Numbered from the stretch's first letter, positions 10,736 through 20,321 are shown. The stretch: DNA of 64,000 nucleotides from an uncultured bacterium (GCA_963819815.1 CAWFXL010000001.1:1540642-1604641); one strand, 5' to 3'. Made by a program: numbers and translations. The notes: generated from the sequence alone by a model not told the origin.

Positions 10736-11039
10736 GGTTATTTCCTTCAAAATACTATCTTAGCTCTCTCGGTTTTCATAAGTTAGTTTTTTTAAAGAGC
10801 TTTGCACGTACTCTACTGCGAGGGCCCACAAATGTCAAAGGGAGGTGTCAGCCGTTACGCATGAATAGAGAACATTCACCGACTTACTAGCTGCAGATTC
10901 GCTTCATGCAGAGCTTCCTTGGAAAGGGCAATGGGATGGAGGTGATTTTGGACGTATCAAATTTCTTTTATGGTTGGATATTCATTTTTTTCAAACTCTG
11001 TGGTGTACGTCGCTTTTTTTGAATTGCCTTTCATGAAGA

Positions 11040-11059
11040 AGGGGCGCCTAAGCGCCCCT
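11040..11059 (-). terminator. Terminator hairpin of array unit 1 (AGGGGCG-loop-CGCCCCT)
   Basis: GC hairpin followed on the minus strand by a T-rich tract. Homologous hairpins lie at about 12058, 13078, 14111, 15142, 16145 and 17321. Confidence 0.7.
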
Positions 11060-11089
11060 ATAAATACTTATCAAAATACGATTATGATC

Positions 11090-11860
11090 CTATACAGGTT
11101 CGATAAATATGGTGTTGCTCTGTAAAGCGCAGCTACAATATTTGTTAAATATATAGGCTTTCAGTGCATTCGCTATTCCCTGAGGAAATGGAAATTGGAT
11201 GGAGAAACTACTTTCATCATCTGACGGAGTACAATCACCGTGAACGTTTATAAAAGCTGTAAATGTAGTGGTGCTTCGGAAAGCCGAAAATGTCTGCTGA
11301 AAGGGAGTTTTAGACACTTCTTTGAAGGTAGCTGTACTAACTTCAGGTGTGGGTACAATTGCAAACTCAACGGGACCAGTATTTGTGGGGCTGCCACCTG
11401 GATTAACCACATCTAATGTGATGCATCCTTTCCCACCGCCAAGTGGCAATGAAGTAATGGTCATGCTTATTGTCTGGTTTGGGTTAGCTTCAGTAAAAGC
11501 CACTTCATATTCTATCCCTGGTGTGCCGCTAGAATCGGTTACAGTTAAATTAAATGAAACACTATCACCTCCTGCATTTGTAGGTACATCGGTAAAGTTC
11601 GCTGTTACTCCAGTTTGGGGTGCTAAATCTGTGACAGGCGTGCCGTTGGCATTGGTTATATTATAGGTATATTGACCTGAAGAAGTAGGTATACCACCAG
11701 AGGCAGTTACTGATATATTTGCTGTTGGTACTAGAGCGTCCGGATTACTACACCCATTAGGACTGATAGTTATATTTTGGATAAATAGCGGCTGAGGACC
11801 GGTCGTTTGAGCAGCTATGCTGATAGGCATTGCGAGTAAGGTGAGTAAGAGTTTCTTCAT
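11090..11860 (-). CDS. Exported SprB-repeat-like beta-sandwich protein with KYCxC tail, array unit 1
   Basis: Signal peptide MKKLLLTLLAMPISIAA, SprB-like C...ISVTASGG.P...YTY...LTVTDS, tail NALKAYIFNKYCSC. Confidence 0.85.
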   Translation of the reverse strand: MKKLLLTLLAMPISIAAQTTGPQPLFIQNITISPNGCSNPDALVPTANISVTASGGIPTSSGQYTYNITNANGTPVTDLAPQTGVTANFTDVPTNAGGDSVSFNLTVTDSSGTPGIEYEVAFTEANPNQTISMTITSLPLGGGKGCITLDVVNPGGSPTNTGPVEFAIVPTPEVSTATFKEVSKTPFQQTFSAFRSTTTFTAFINVHGDCTPSDDESSFSIQFPFPQGIANALKAYIFNKYCSCALQSNTIFIEPV

Positions 11861-11914
11861 ACACTTCCTTTGAGTGAAATTATGGATTTTGATACATATT
11901 AATGCGTGTAAACT

Positions 11915-11944
11915 AACTTACCATAGGTATTTTTTGAAAAGCAA
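11915..11944 (-). promoter_or_regulatory. Putative sigma70-type promoter repeated upstream of array genes
   Basis: Minus strand TTGCTT-N18-TAAGTT with TG upstream of the -10. Conserved upstream of units 1-4 and recognisable upstream of units 5-7. Confidence 0.55.
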
Positions 11945-12112
11945 CAATTTGTCCCTTAAGCTATCAGCCTTTCGTTGTATGAATCTCCCAAATATGTAAA
12001 TCCTATTCCTAGGCTTGTTATTGATGCAATAGATGCTGGTGTCCTCTCTCAGGGAAAGAGGGGCGCTATAAGCACCCCTCCTAACAGATTCAAAAGTTAC
12101 ATTAAGCGTGCG

Positions 12113-12877
12113 CTAGGCAGCTGTAGGTGTTACTACCTTAACCGTACCGCTCTGTAAGGTGCAGCTGCAATATTTGTTAAAAACATAGGCCTTCAATGCA
12201 TTAGATAGTCCTTGCGGAAACGGAAAATTGATTTTGAAGTCAGAAAAATCATGAGGGCAATCACCTATAACAGTAACTTCAGCAGTGAGCTCTGTGCTCC
12301 CTGGGGTTGGGAAAGCAGAAAACGTCTGTTGGAAAGGCTCTTTGGTTATTGGTGTAGAAGCAGGTTCATCTTCGGTCGATGGGAAAATTGCAAAATGAAC
12401 TTCGCCGGTACCTGTTGTGTTGCCAGCAGGATTAGTAACGAGTAAGGTAATGCAACCTGGACCAGAACCAAGAGGTAATGAGGTAATAGTCATACTAACT
12501 GATTTTGTGCCAGATTCAGTAAAAGTCACTTCATATTCTACTGGTGAGCCACTGTTTGAAGAATCGGTTACGGTTAAATTATAACTTGTACTGGTATCAT
12601 CAAGACCTGTAGCGACGTCAGTAAAGTTCGCTGTTACTCCAGTTTGGGGTGAGCCTGTGACAGCTGTGCCGCCGAGAGTAGCTAAATTATAGGTATATTG
12701 ACCTTTAGAATCAGGAGTTCCACCTGTGGCGGTCACTGATATATTTGCAGTTGGTGTACCAGTTGCTGGACACCCATTAGGACTGATAGTTATATTTTGG
12801 ATAAATAACGGCTGAGGACCTACTTGGGCCCCAAGGCTAATATGCATTGCTAGTAATGTGAGTAAGAGTTTTTTCAT
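12113..12877 (-). CDS. Exported SprB-repeat-like protein with KYCxC tail, array unit 2
   Basis: Start set at the AAAGGA-preceded ATG (MKKLLLTLL). Tail SNALKAYVFNKYCSC. Confidence 0.85.
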   Translation of the reverse strand: MKKLLLTLLAMHISLGAQVGPQPLFIQNITISPNGCPATGTPTANISVTATGGTPDSKGQYTYNLATLGGTAVTGSPQTGVTANFTDVATGLDDTSTSYNLTVTDSSNSGSPVEYEVTFTESGTKSVSMTITSLPLGSGPGCITLLVTNPAGNTTGTGEVHFAIFPSTEDEPASTPITKEPFQQTFSAFPTPGSTELTAEVTVIGDCPHDFSDFKINFPFPQGLSNALKAYVFNKYCSCTLQSGTVKVVTPTAA

Positions 12878-13131
12878 ATACTTCCTTTGAGTACGATGGT
12901 GGGTTGTTTGATAGTTAGTAACGCTTTCACAGTAACTTACCATAGACATTTTTAAGAAAGCAACAATTTGTCATTTAAGATGGCAGGTTTTTGTTGTATG
13001 AATTAGCCACAGCTGCAAACCATTTTCCTAGGCTTGTGATTGACACAATGTATGCCGGTGTTCTTTCGCATGCAAAGAGGGGCGCTTATAGCGCCCCTCC
13101 TGACAGATTCAAAAATTACATTAAGCGTGCA

Positions 13132-13911
13132 CTAAACTGTAGGTGTTACTACCTTGACCGTACTGCTCTGCAAGGTGCAGCTACAATATTTGTTAAAAAC
13201 ATAGGCCTTCAATGCATTAGATAGTCCTTGCGGAAATGGAAATACGATTTTGAAGTCAGAGCCGCCAACAATATCTTCACAATCACCGACAACGGTAACT
13301 TCAGCCGTAAGTTCTGTGTTCCCTGGGGTTGGGAAAGCAGAAAACGTCTGTTGGAAAGGCTCTTTGGTTACTATTGCAGGAGTGGGTTCATCTTCGGTTG
13401 ATGGGAAAATTGCAAATTGAACGTCACCGGTACCCGTTGTGTCGCCTGCAGGGTTAGTAACGAGTAAGGTAATGCAGCCTGCATCACTGCCAAGTGGCAA
13501 TGAATTAATGGTCATGCTTACTGATTTTGTTGCGGATTGGTTAAAAGTCACTTCATATTCTACTGGCGAGCCACTGTTTGAAGAGTCGGTTACGGTTACA
13601 TTATAATTTATCGAAGCTCCTAATTTACCAGTAGGGACATCAACAAAGTTCGCTGTTACGGCAGTTTGAGATGGGAAATCTGCAACAGGCGTACCGTTGA
13701 GATTGGTTAAAGTATAGGTATATTGACCTGAAGAATTAGGAGTACCACCTGAAGCGGTTACCGATATAGTTGATCCGGAGAATGGATTTATTTCTCCATC
13801 AAAACACCCATTCGGGCTGAAAGTTATATTTTGGATGAACAACGGCTGAGGACCCACTTGTGCAGCAAGACTGATGGGCATTACGAGTAATGTGAGTAAG
13901 AGTTTCTTCAT
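13132..13911 (-). CDS. Exported SprB-repeat-like protein with KYCxC tail, array unit 3
   Basis: Paralogue of units 1-2. Tail SNALKAYVFNKYCSC. Confidence 0.85.
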   Translation of the reverse strand: MKKLLLTLLVMPISLAAQVGPQPLFIQNITFSPNGCFDGEINPFSGSTISVTASGGTPNSSGQYTYTLTNLNGTPVADFPSQTAVTANFVDVPTGKLGASINYNVTVTDSSNSGSPVEYEVTFNQSATKSVSMTINSLPLGSDAGCITLLVTNPAGDTTGTGDVQFAIFPSTEDEPTPAIVTKEPFQQTFSAFPTPGNTELTAEVTVVGDCEDIVGGSDFKIVFPFPQGLSNALKAYVFNKYCSCTLQSSTVKVVTPTV

Positions 13912-14164
13912 ACACTTCCTTTGAGTGAAATTGTGGATTCTGATACATATATTAACGTGTCTAAACTAACTTACCATAGACATTTTTTGAAAAGCAACAA
14001 TTTGTCCTTTAAGATATCTGGTTATCATTTTATGAATTACCCACAACTGCGAACGATTCTCCAGGCTTGTTATTGGTGCACTATTAGTAGTGCATTTTTC
14101 TCATGCAAAAAGGGGCGCCGAAGCGCCCCTTTACTATCAAAAGAAATTAAATTATGCAGATGCA

Positions 14165-14944
14165 CTAGGCTGTAGGTGTTACTACCTTAACGGTACTGCT
14201 CTGTAATGTGCAGTTGCAATATTTGTTAAAAATATAAGCCTTCAGTGCATTAGATAATCCTTGAGGAAATGGAAATACGATTTTGAAGTCAGCGACGCCA
14301 TCGCCATTGTCACAATCACCGTCAATCGTAACTTCAGCGGTGAGCTCTGTGCTCCCTGGGGTTGGGAAAGCAGAAAACGTCTGTTGGAAAGGGACCTCGG
14401 TTAATGTCGTAGGAGTAGGCTCGTCCTCAGTAGATGGAAAAATTGCGAATTGAACTGGGTTAGGATTCGTTGTGTTGCCTGCAGGGTTAATAACGAGTAA
14501 GGTAATGCAGCCTGCACCACTGCCAAGTGGCAATGAATTAATGGTCATGCTTACTGATTTTGTTGCGGATTGATTAAAAGTCACTTCATATTCTACTGGC
14601 GCGCCACTGTTTGAAGAGTCGGTTACGGTTAAATTATAACTTGTAGGGTCTTCGTTAATAGCTGTAGGGACATCAATAAAGTTTGCTGTTACTCCAGTTT
14701 GGGGCGAGCCCGTGACAGCATCGCCACTCAGGTCAGCTAAGTTATAGGTATATTGACCTTTAGAATCAGGAGTTCCACCTGTGGCGGTTACCGATATAGT
14801 TGATGCGGGGTGTGGATTTGTAGTTGCATTAAAACACCCATTAGGACTGATAGTTATATTTTGGATAAACAACGGCTGAGGACCCGTCGTCTGAGCAACA
14901 ATGCTGATAGGCATTGCGAGTAATGTGAGTAAGAGTTTCTTCAT
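14165..14944 (-). CDS. Exported SprB-repeat-like protein with KYCxC tail, array unit 4
   Basis: Start at the RBS-preceded ATG 14944. Tail SNALKAYIFNKYCNC. Confidence 0.85.
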   Translation of the reverse strand: MKKLLLTLLAMPISIVAQTTGPQPLFIQNITISPNGCFNATTNPHPASTISVTATGGTPDSKGQYTYNLADLSGDAVTGSPQTGVTANFIDVPTAINEDPTSYNLTVTDSSNSGAPVEYEVTFNQSATKSVSMTINSLPLGSGAGCITLLVINPAGNTTNPNPVQFAIFPSTEDEPTPTTLTEVPFQQTFSAFPTPGSTELTAEVTIDGDCDNGDGVADFKIVFPFPQGLSNALKAYIFNKYCNCTLQSSTVKVVTPTA

Positions 14945-15196
14945 ACACTTCCTTTGAGTGAAATTGTGGATTTTGAACATATATTAACGCGTTTAAACTA
15001 ACTTACCATAGACATTTTTTCAAAAGCAACAATTTGTCCTTTAAGATATCAGATTTTTGTTGTATGAATCGCTCACAGCTGCAAACCATTTCCCTGGGCT
15101 TGTGATTGGTCAATATATGCAGCGGTCCTGTCTCATGCAAAGAGGGGCGCTTATAGCGCCCCTCCTAACAGATTCAAAAATTACATTAAGTGTGCA

Positions 15197-15967
15197 CTAG
15201 GCTGTAGGTGTTACTACCTTGACCGTACTGCTCTGCAAGGTGCAGCTGCAATATTTGTTAAAAATATAGGCTTTCAGTGCATTCGATAGTCCCTGAGGAA
15301 AGGGAAATACGATTTTATAGTCAGCAATTCCATCTTCGTCCGTACAATCGCCGTGAACCGTAACTTCAGCCGTAAGTTCTGTGCTCCCCGGAGTTGGGAA
15401 GGCAGAAAAGATTTGCTGGAAAGGCGCTTTGGTCAGTGTTGTAGGAGTAGGCTCGTCATCGGTAGATGGGAAAATTGCAAAGTCAACTGTGCCAGTACCC
15501 GTAGTATTGCCTGCAGGATTAGTAACGAGTAAGGTAATGCAGCCTGCACCACTGCCAAGTGGCAATGAAGTAATGGTCATGCTTATTGTCTGGTTTGAGT
15601 TAGCTTCACCAAGAGTCACCTCATATTCTACTGGTGACCCAGTGCTTGAAGAATCGGTTACGGTTACATTAAAACTTCTGGAGTCCCCGTCATTATCTAA
15701 AGGGAGATCAGTAAAGTTTGCCGTTACAGCAGTTTGGGGCTCTGGAGCAAATGGGCCATCCAGTTCAACTAACGTATAGGTATATTGCCCTGAAGAACTA
15801 GGAGTACCACCTGAGGCGGTCACTGATATATTTGCCGTTGGTGTACCAGTTGTAAGACACCCATTAGGACTGATAGTTATATTTTGGATAAACAGCGGCT
15901 GAGGACCCGTCGTCTGAGCAACAATGCTGATAGGCATTGCCAGTAATGTGAGTAAGAGTTTCTTCAT
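15197..15967 (-). CDS. Exported SprB-repeat-like protein with KYCxC tail, array unit 5
   Basis: Start at the RBS-preceded ATG 15967. Tail SNALKAYIFNKYCSC. Confidence 0.85.
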   Translation of the reverse strand: MKKLLLTLLAMPISIVAQTTGPQPLFIQNITISPNGCLTTGTPTANISVTASGGTPSSSGQYTYTLVELDGPFAPEPQTAVTANFTDLPLDNDGDSRSFNVTVTDSSSTGSPVEYEVTLGEANSNQTISMTITSLPLGSGAGCITLLVTNPAGNTTGTGTVDFAIFPSTDDEPTPTTLTKAPFQQIFSAFPTPGSTELTAEVTVHGDCTDEDGIADYKIVFPFPQGLSNALKAYIFNKYCSCTLQSSTVKVVTPTA

Positions 15968-16206
15968 TAACTTCCTTTGAGTAAAATTGTGGATTTTGAA
16001 CATATATTAACGCGTCTATGGTAACTTTACCATAAGTGTTTTTAAAAAAGCAATCTTTTTTAACCTTTTGTTTGTGATTTCTTTTCTACAACCTCCCTCA
16101 TATTCTTGAACTATTAAGATAATTTATATAGTTGCTAACCCAAAAGGGGCGCTTAAGCGCCCCCTACTTTTCAAAAATTAAATATGAATCCAAGCATACC
16201 AGTATT

Positions 16207-16926
16207 TCAGGATACCGGTATTGTATTACTGCTTAGATTGCAATTGCAATATTTGTTAAAAATGTACGCTTTCAAATCATTAGCATTTCCTTGCGGAAAA
16301 GGGAATTGTATTTCAAAGAAGCTTGTTTCGTTAGGAGCGCAGTCATTCTGGACTTCAACTACTGCTGTAAGTGTCGATGTTCCGGGAGTGCGGAATGCAG
16401 CAAATTGTTGAGTGAATGGAGCAGGTATTTCTTTCCCATTTTGTGTGGCAATTACTTGAGAGGACCCAATGCCAACTATGGCCGAACCAGTTAGCTTTCC
16501 TCCGGGTCCGAAGACTTGCAAGGATATGCATCCTGGTGCATTGCCAAGTGGTAATGAAATTATATTCATGGCTATTTGCAGAGTTTGAGAAACAGGAAGC
16601 ACGAGCATAGTTGTTACAGTATTATTCGCTGAATCTGTTACTTGCAACGTTGTAGGCTCTTCTACAGGAACGTTTGCAAAACTGGCAGTTGGCACCGTTA
16701 ATGGAGAACCACCGAAGGGTTTGTTTTCTACGAGTAATGTATACGTATAGGGAGGTTGACCACCTGCAGCCGTTGCTAAGATGTTTGCCGTCGCTGCAAT
16801 TCCTGGATTGGGATTGGCACACCCTTGAGGATTGATGGTAATATTTGAGAAATATAATGGTTGCGGACCCGACAGAGCAGCAAGGCTAGCAGGGAGCATA
16901 AGTAATGTAAGTAAAAGTTTCTTCAT
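16207..16926 (-). CDS. Exported SprB-repeat-like protein with KYCxC tail, array unit 6 (second subfamily)
   Basis: ATAAGGQPPYTYTL motif. Tail ANDLKAYIFNKYCNC. Confidence 0.85.
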   Translation of the reverse strand: MKKLLLTLLMLPASLAALSGPQPLYFSNITINPQGCANPNPGIAATANILATAAGGQPPYTYTLLVENKPFGGSPLTVPTASFANVPVEEPTTLQVTDSANNTVTTMLVLPVSQTLQIAMNIISLPLGNAPGCISLQVFGPGGKLTGSAIVGIGSSQVIATQNGKEIPAPFTQQFAAFRTPGTSTLTAVVEVQNDCAPNETSFFEIQFPFPQGNANDLKAYIFNKYCNCNLSSNTIPVS

Positions 16927-17094
16927 GAGTTTCCTTTTTGGTAAAATATGTTTGGCATGTAATACGCGTCATAAGCTAAATTACCATAAGCCTTTTTAAA
17001 AAAGCAACGATTTGCCTTTTTTTTTTACGAGCATTCTGTTGAAAGACTCAAAGCACATTTCGGTATGACCAGTGATAATACTAGATTTCTTGCT

Positions 17095-17240
17095 AACACG
17101 AGGGACGCTAAAAATCCCTACCTATCTAAAAAAATATGATTAATCTATAGATGCTGAACACCTGACGATAAGTTGTATGGTAATTCTGTAAGGTGCTACC
17201 ATACCACTTGTTACCTATATAAGCCTTCTGGGGCACAAGG
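17095..17240 (-). pseudogene. Decayed 3' remnant of an eighth array unit
   Basis: Minus strand reads PQKAYIGNKWYGSTLQN (compare ALKAYIFNKYCSCTLQS), followed by the degenerate terminator AGGGACGCT..ATCCCT. Confidence 0.6.
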
Positions 17241-17320
17241 AATGACTTTTGATTTTTCGTTCGTAATTTCTTTTTTAACCGCCATTGCACTCTTGAACTA
17301 GTAAGAGAGTTTCATAGAGT

Positions 17321-17360
17321 TGCGTAGCATAGGGGCGCTTAAACGCCCCTATGCTACGCA
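17321..17360 (-). terminator. Extended terminator hairpin of array unit 7
   Basis: TGCGTAGCATAGGGGCG-cttaaa-CGCCCCTATGCTACGCA, a perfect 17-bp stem. Confidence 0.75.
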
Positions 17361-17392
17361 GAAAGAATGTAATGCAAGCAGGCGCAGTACTT

Positions 17393-18112
17393 TTAGGATA
17401 CTGGTATTGTGTTTTTGCTTAGAGCACAGCTGCAATATTTGTTAAAGACGTATGCTTTTAAGGCATTAGAGATTCCTTGGGGAAAAGGAAATGTGATACT
17501 AAAAACGCTACTTGAACCAGTTGTGCAATCATTTTCGACTATTACTACTGCTGTAAGTGTCGATGTCCCTGGCGTTCTGAATGCGGCAAATTGCTGAATA
17601 AAAGGCGCGGGGAATAATTTCGCATTCGTTTCGGCAATTGGCAAAGAAGATCCAATGCCAACAAAAGCTGAGCCAGTAAGTTTTCCTCCAGGTCCGACAA
17701 CTTGCAAGGTAAAGCAGCCTGGAGCATTGCCAAGTGGCAATGAGGTAATATTCATGCTTACTTGCAGAGTTTGAGAAGTAGGAAGTGTAATGGTATTGGT
17801 TACAGAATTATTTGCAGAATCTGTTACCGTCAAAATCACAAGCGAGTTAACGGGGATACCGGCAAAATTTGCAGTTGCCGTTGTTAACGGAGAACCACCG
17901 AAAGGCTTGCCTTCTACGAGTAATGTGTACGTATAGGGAGGTTGCCCACCTGCAGCCGTTGCTAAGATATTTGCCGTTGGTGCAAGTGCCGGGTTGGGAT
18001 TGGTGCATCCTTGGGGGTTGATGGTAAGATTTGAAATATATAAGGGTTGAGGACCTGCCAGAGCAGCAAGGCTCATAGGCATGATGAGTAATGTGAGCAA
18101 AAGCTTCTTCAT
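17393..18112 (-). CDS. Exported SprB-repeat-like protein with KYCxC tail, array unit 7 (second subfamily)
   Basis: Close paralogue of unit 6. Tail SNALKAYVFNKYCSC. Confidence 0.85.
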   Translation of the reverse strand: MKKLLLTLLIMPMSLAALAGPQPLYISNLTINPQGCTNPNPALAPTANILATAAGGQPPYTYTLLVEGKPFGGSPLTTATANFAGIPVNSLVILTVTDSANNSVTNTITLPTSQTLQVSMNITSLPLGNAPGCFTLQVVGPGGKLTGSAFVGIGSSLPIAETNAKLFPAPFIQQFAAFRTPGTSTLTAVVIVENDCTTGSSSVFSITFPFPQGISNALKAYVFNKYCSCALSKNTIPVS

Positions 18113-18198
18113 GAGCATCCTTTTTAGTAAAAACGTTTTTTAACAGAGAATAACTCGTTTAACCAAACTACCATAAGCATTTTTACAAAGACAAGACT

Positions 18199-19401
18199 TT
18201 ATCTCTTATGTGTTACTGTACCTAAACTCTCGTAGGCCGCGAGGCTCGTCTCTGGATAGTAAAACTCTAGAATCTCCTGATGCGAGTAGCCCAGGTTTGC
18301 CATCACATAAGCTCCCCATTGGCATAACCCTATATGATGCCCATGACCTTTTCCATGTGCGTTAAGGATGCCATTCTGTGTAGAAATGCTGCAGCAGAGG
18401 CTCCGTATTTTAGGGAACAGCATTCTAAAGTCATGTGCACACATGAGGACGGTCTTTTTTGAACCGGTAAGCACTAGTTGTTGAGCAATACCCGCTTGAT
18501 CAAATGACTTGATATGGATCTCTTTGAGCTGTCCAAGCGCCGGAAAAACTTTTTGCAAAGGACCTTCAAGCTCTTTGAGCGTATAGGTTGTTTTCCAGGT
18601 ATACAAGGGTTGGTCTTTGCAGTGAGTACAGGCATAGGGCCTTTTTAAATAGGGAGCTTTTGTGTAGATCGATGATTTTTTTTCGGCAGGGATGATGCCG
18701 CCACATACGGCGCTATACATAGCAAGAATTGGCTTTCCGTCTTGCGTGATAATAATACCCTTGGTTTCATCTACGATTTTTTTAAGAGATGTTTTACATG
18801 CCTGGCCACGATAGACTTGGTCAAGTACGGTATTCTTGAGGTCGTAGGGCAGTGAGTCATTTCGTTCTGATTGAATTTTGTAGACAGCATAGGTCCGACA
18901 GGCTATGCAGAGTGCTTTCTGCACCACATCGGGCCAACTTGGAATACTCTCGTAAGGAAGTACTGCAGCAATATAGTCTTCAAGGCCGATATGGTTTACT
19001 AGAGAAGCTCTTCCCTCATGATCATGGAGTGCACATGTTCCCTCATAGGGTATCGATTCAAAACTAATGAGTCCCTTACTCGGAATAAGGAAAAGCTGCT
19101 CACAGGGATATCGTTTTCCATTGGCGATAAAAGCTCCCGACGTACGAGTTACCAGAAGCTCTTTGTCATGTATGCGCTGTACCATCTTTGTGTGTGGATT
19201 ATAGAGAAAGAATCCATGAGGGCTTGAAAAGGTCCAAGCGATTTCTCCAGAAGGCTTCTCTTGTAAAAGTACGCGTACCGGGTTGTCTAGATGCATCTTT
19301 TCAAGAGCCGATGCTCGAGTGCTTTTTTCTAGCGCATTTGTAGTTGTATATGAAATGGTCAGTAAAAGCAGGCATGCAATGTGAGCATGTGATAGCTTCA
19401 T
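18199..19401 (-). CDS. SpoIID/LytB-family lytic transglycosylase, paralogue 2
   Basis: LVNHIGLEDYIAAVLPYE, KALCIACRTYA, DQVYRG, GHGHHIGLCQWGA, signal peptide. Confidence 0.9.
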   Translation of the reverse strand: MKLSHAHIACLLLLTISYTTTNALEKSTRASALEKMHLDNPVRVLLQEKPSGEIAWTFSSPHGFFLYNPHTKMVQRIHDKELLVTRTSGAFIANGKRYPCEQLFLIPSKGLISFESIPYEGTCALHDHEGRASLVNHIGLEDYIAAVLPYESIPSWPDVVQKALCIACRTYAVYKIQSERNDSLPYDLKNTVLDQVYRGQACKTSLKKIVDETKGIIITQDGKPILAMYSAVCGGIIPAEKKSSIYTKAPYLKRPYACTHCKDQPLYTWKTTYTLKELEGPLQKVFPALGQLKEIHIKSFDQAGIAQQLVLTGSKKTVLMCAHDFRMLFPKIRSLCCSISTQNGILNAHGKGHGHHIGLCQWGAYVMANLGYSHQEILEFYYPETSLAAYESLGTVTHKR

Positions 19402-19840
19402 AGTCTCTCCCCCCCAGAAGTACCTATGATGTTCGTTTGCATCGGCCTTCTACAAGCCGATGATTTTGAGAAAGCAGAAGCAGCAAGTGCCCTGTGACGA
19501 ACGTATGCTGTTTCTGCTTTCGTCCCCAGCTACGAGCATACTACGAGGAGGCTTTAAAATTCAATACTTTTAGAGATTGTTTTTTTTAATCAAGCGATAA
19601 ATAATTAAAAATGAAATTGAAAAAGTTCGTCAAGGTACGATGTGCCGTACTGATTATTTAAGGAGTTGAGCACCATCTGCTTCTGCAAAAAAGTCTTACT
19701 TTCACGTGCTTCTTGGGTTTATTGGTATTGCGGATATGAGTGCAACTTGAGTGATGTTTCAAGGTAAGACGGCAAAAGAATGCAGGTGAGAGACCAGAAG
19801 GTTGATCGTCTTCAAAGTAGATGTTGTTTGCGGATATGAG

Positions 19841-20308
19841 TTAGCGAATTTCAACCGGGCTTTTCCACCCGATTTCTCCAAAACGGGTGCCTTGTAGCGC
19901 ATGAGCTATAGCCACTTTGACAAAGGGCAGAGTTTCCTCAGGTAAGTTGGAGAGTGGAAAGAAGCCAAGATCTTTGTGCTTATGCGGCTCATTATTGGTA
20001 ATTTCTCCTTCCCAGCGGGTAGCAATGAAATAGAAGTCTATACAGTCTGTACCGCGACCGATAATGTGAGCATCCATGACACAACCAAACGTGAGCCATT
20101 CTGGTCGTACAGTAATATTTGCTTCTTCGTGCGCTTCTCGGATTACCGCATCAACGATGCTCTCATTATCATCTACGCACCCAGCCACCGGGGCAAAGTA
20201 GCCATCTGCCCAGCCTGTGCTGTGCCGTTTTAAAAGGAGAACATGGTTATCCTTAAGGAGGATAAGACTTACGGTTGCTTCTTTGCGGTGTGTTGATCGA
20301 ATTGCCAT
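19841..20308 (-). CDS. NUDIX hydrolase
   Basis: Nudix box G..DDNESIVDAVIREAHEEANI. GGAGG RBS before ATG 20308. Confidence 0.9.
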   Translation of the reverse strand: MAIRSTHRKEATVSLILLKDNHVLLLKRHSTGWADGYFAPVAGCVDDNESIVDAVIREAHEEANITVRPEWLTFGCVMDAHIIGRGTDCIDFYFIATRWEGEITNNEPHKHKDLGFFPLSNLPEETLPFVKVAIAHALQGTRFGEIGWKSPVEIR

Positions 20309-20321
20309 GCTTTTTCCTCCG

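Larger units (their letters stand above)
11090..18190 (-). repeat. Tandem array of seven ~1-kb gene cassettes (promoter + RBS + CDS + terminator)
   Basis: Seven paralogous ORFs with homologous upstream and downstream non-coding flanks, spaced roughly 0.95-1.2 kb apart. Confidence 0.95.

Noticed and set aside
11090..11200. T9SS CTD or LPxTG/PEP-CTERM identity for the tail
   Set aside because: It is too short for a T9SS CTD and lacks the TM helix plus basic cluster of sortase or exosortase signals.
11975..14175. Similar small plus-strand ORFs in array spacers (11975, 12991, 13921)
   Set aside because: Their similarity is explained by duplicated terminator and flank DNA. Frames and lengths are not conserved in the other units.
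11090..18190. Diversity-generating retroelement, integron or shufflon as the array mechanism
   Set aside because: No reverse transcriptase, integrase or invertase is in the window. Variation includes indels and is not visibly adenine-specific. Hairpins look like terminators rather than attC sites, and all units are co-oriented with their own promoters.
19729..19841. TGCGGATATGAGT direct repeat 100 bp apart
   Set aside because: It is only 13 bp with nothing element-like between the copies, which is too weak to call a target-site duplication.
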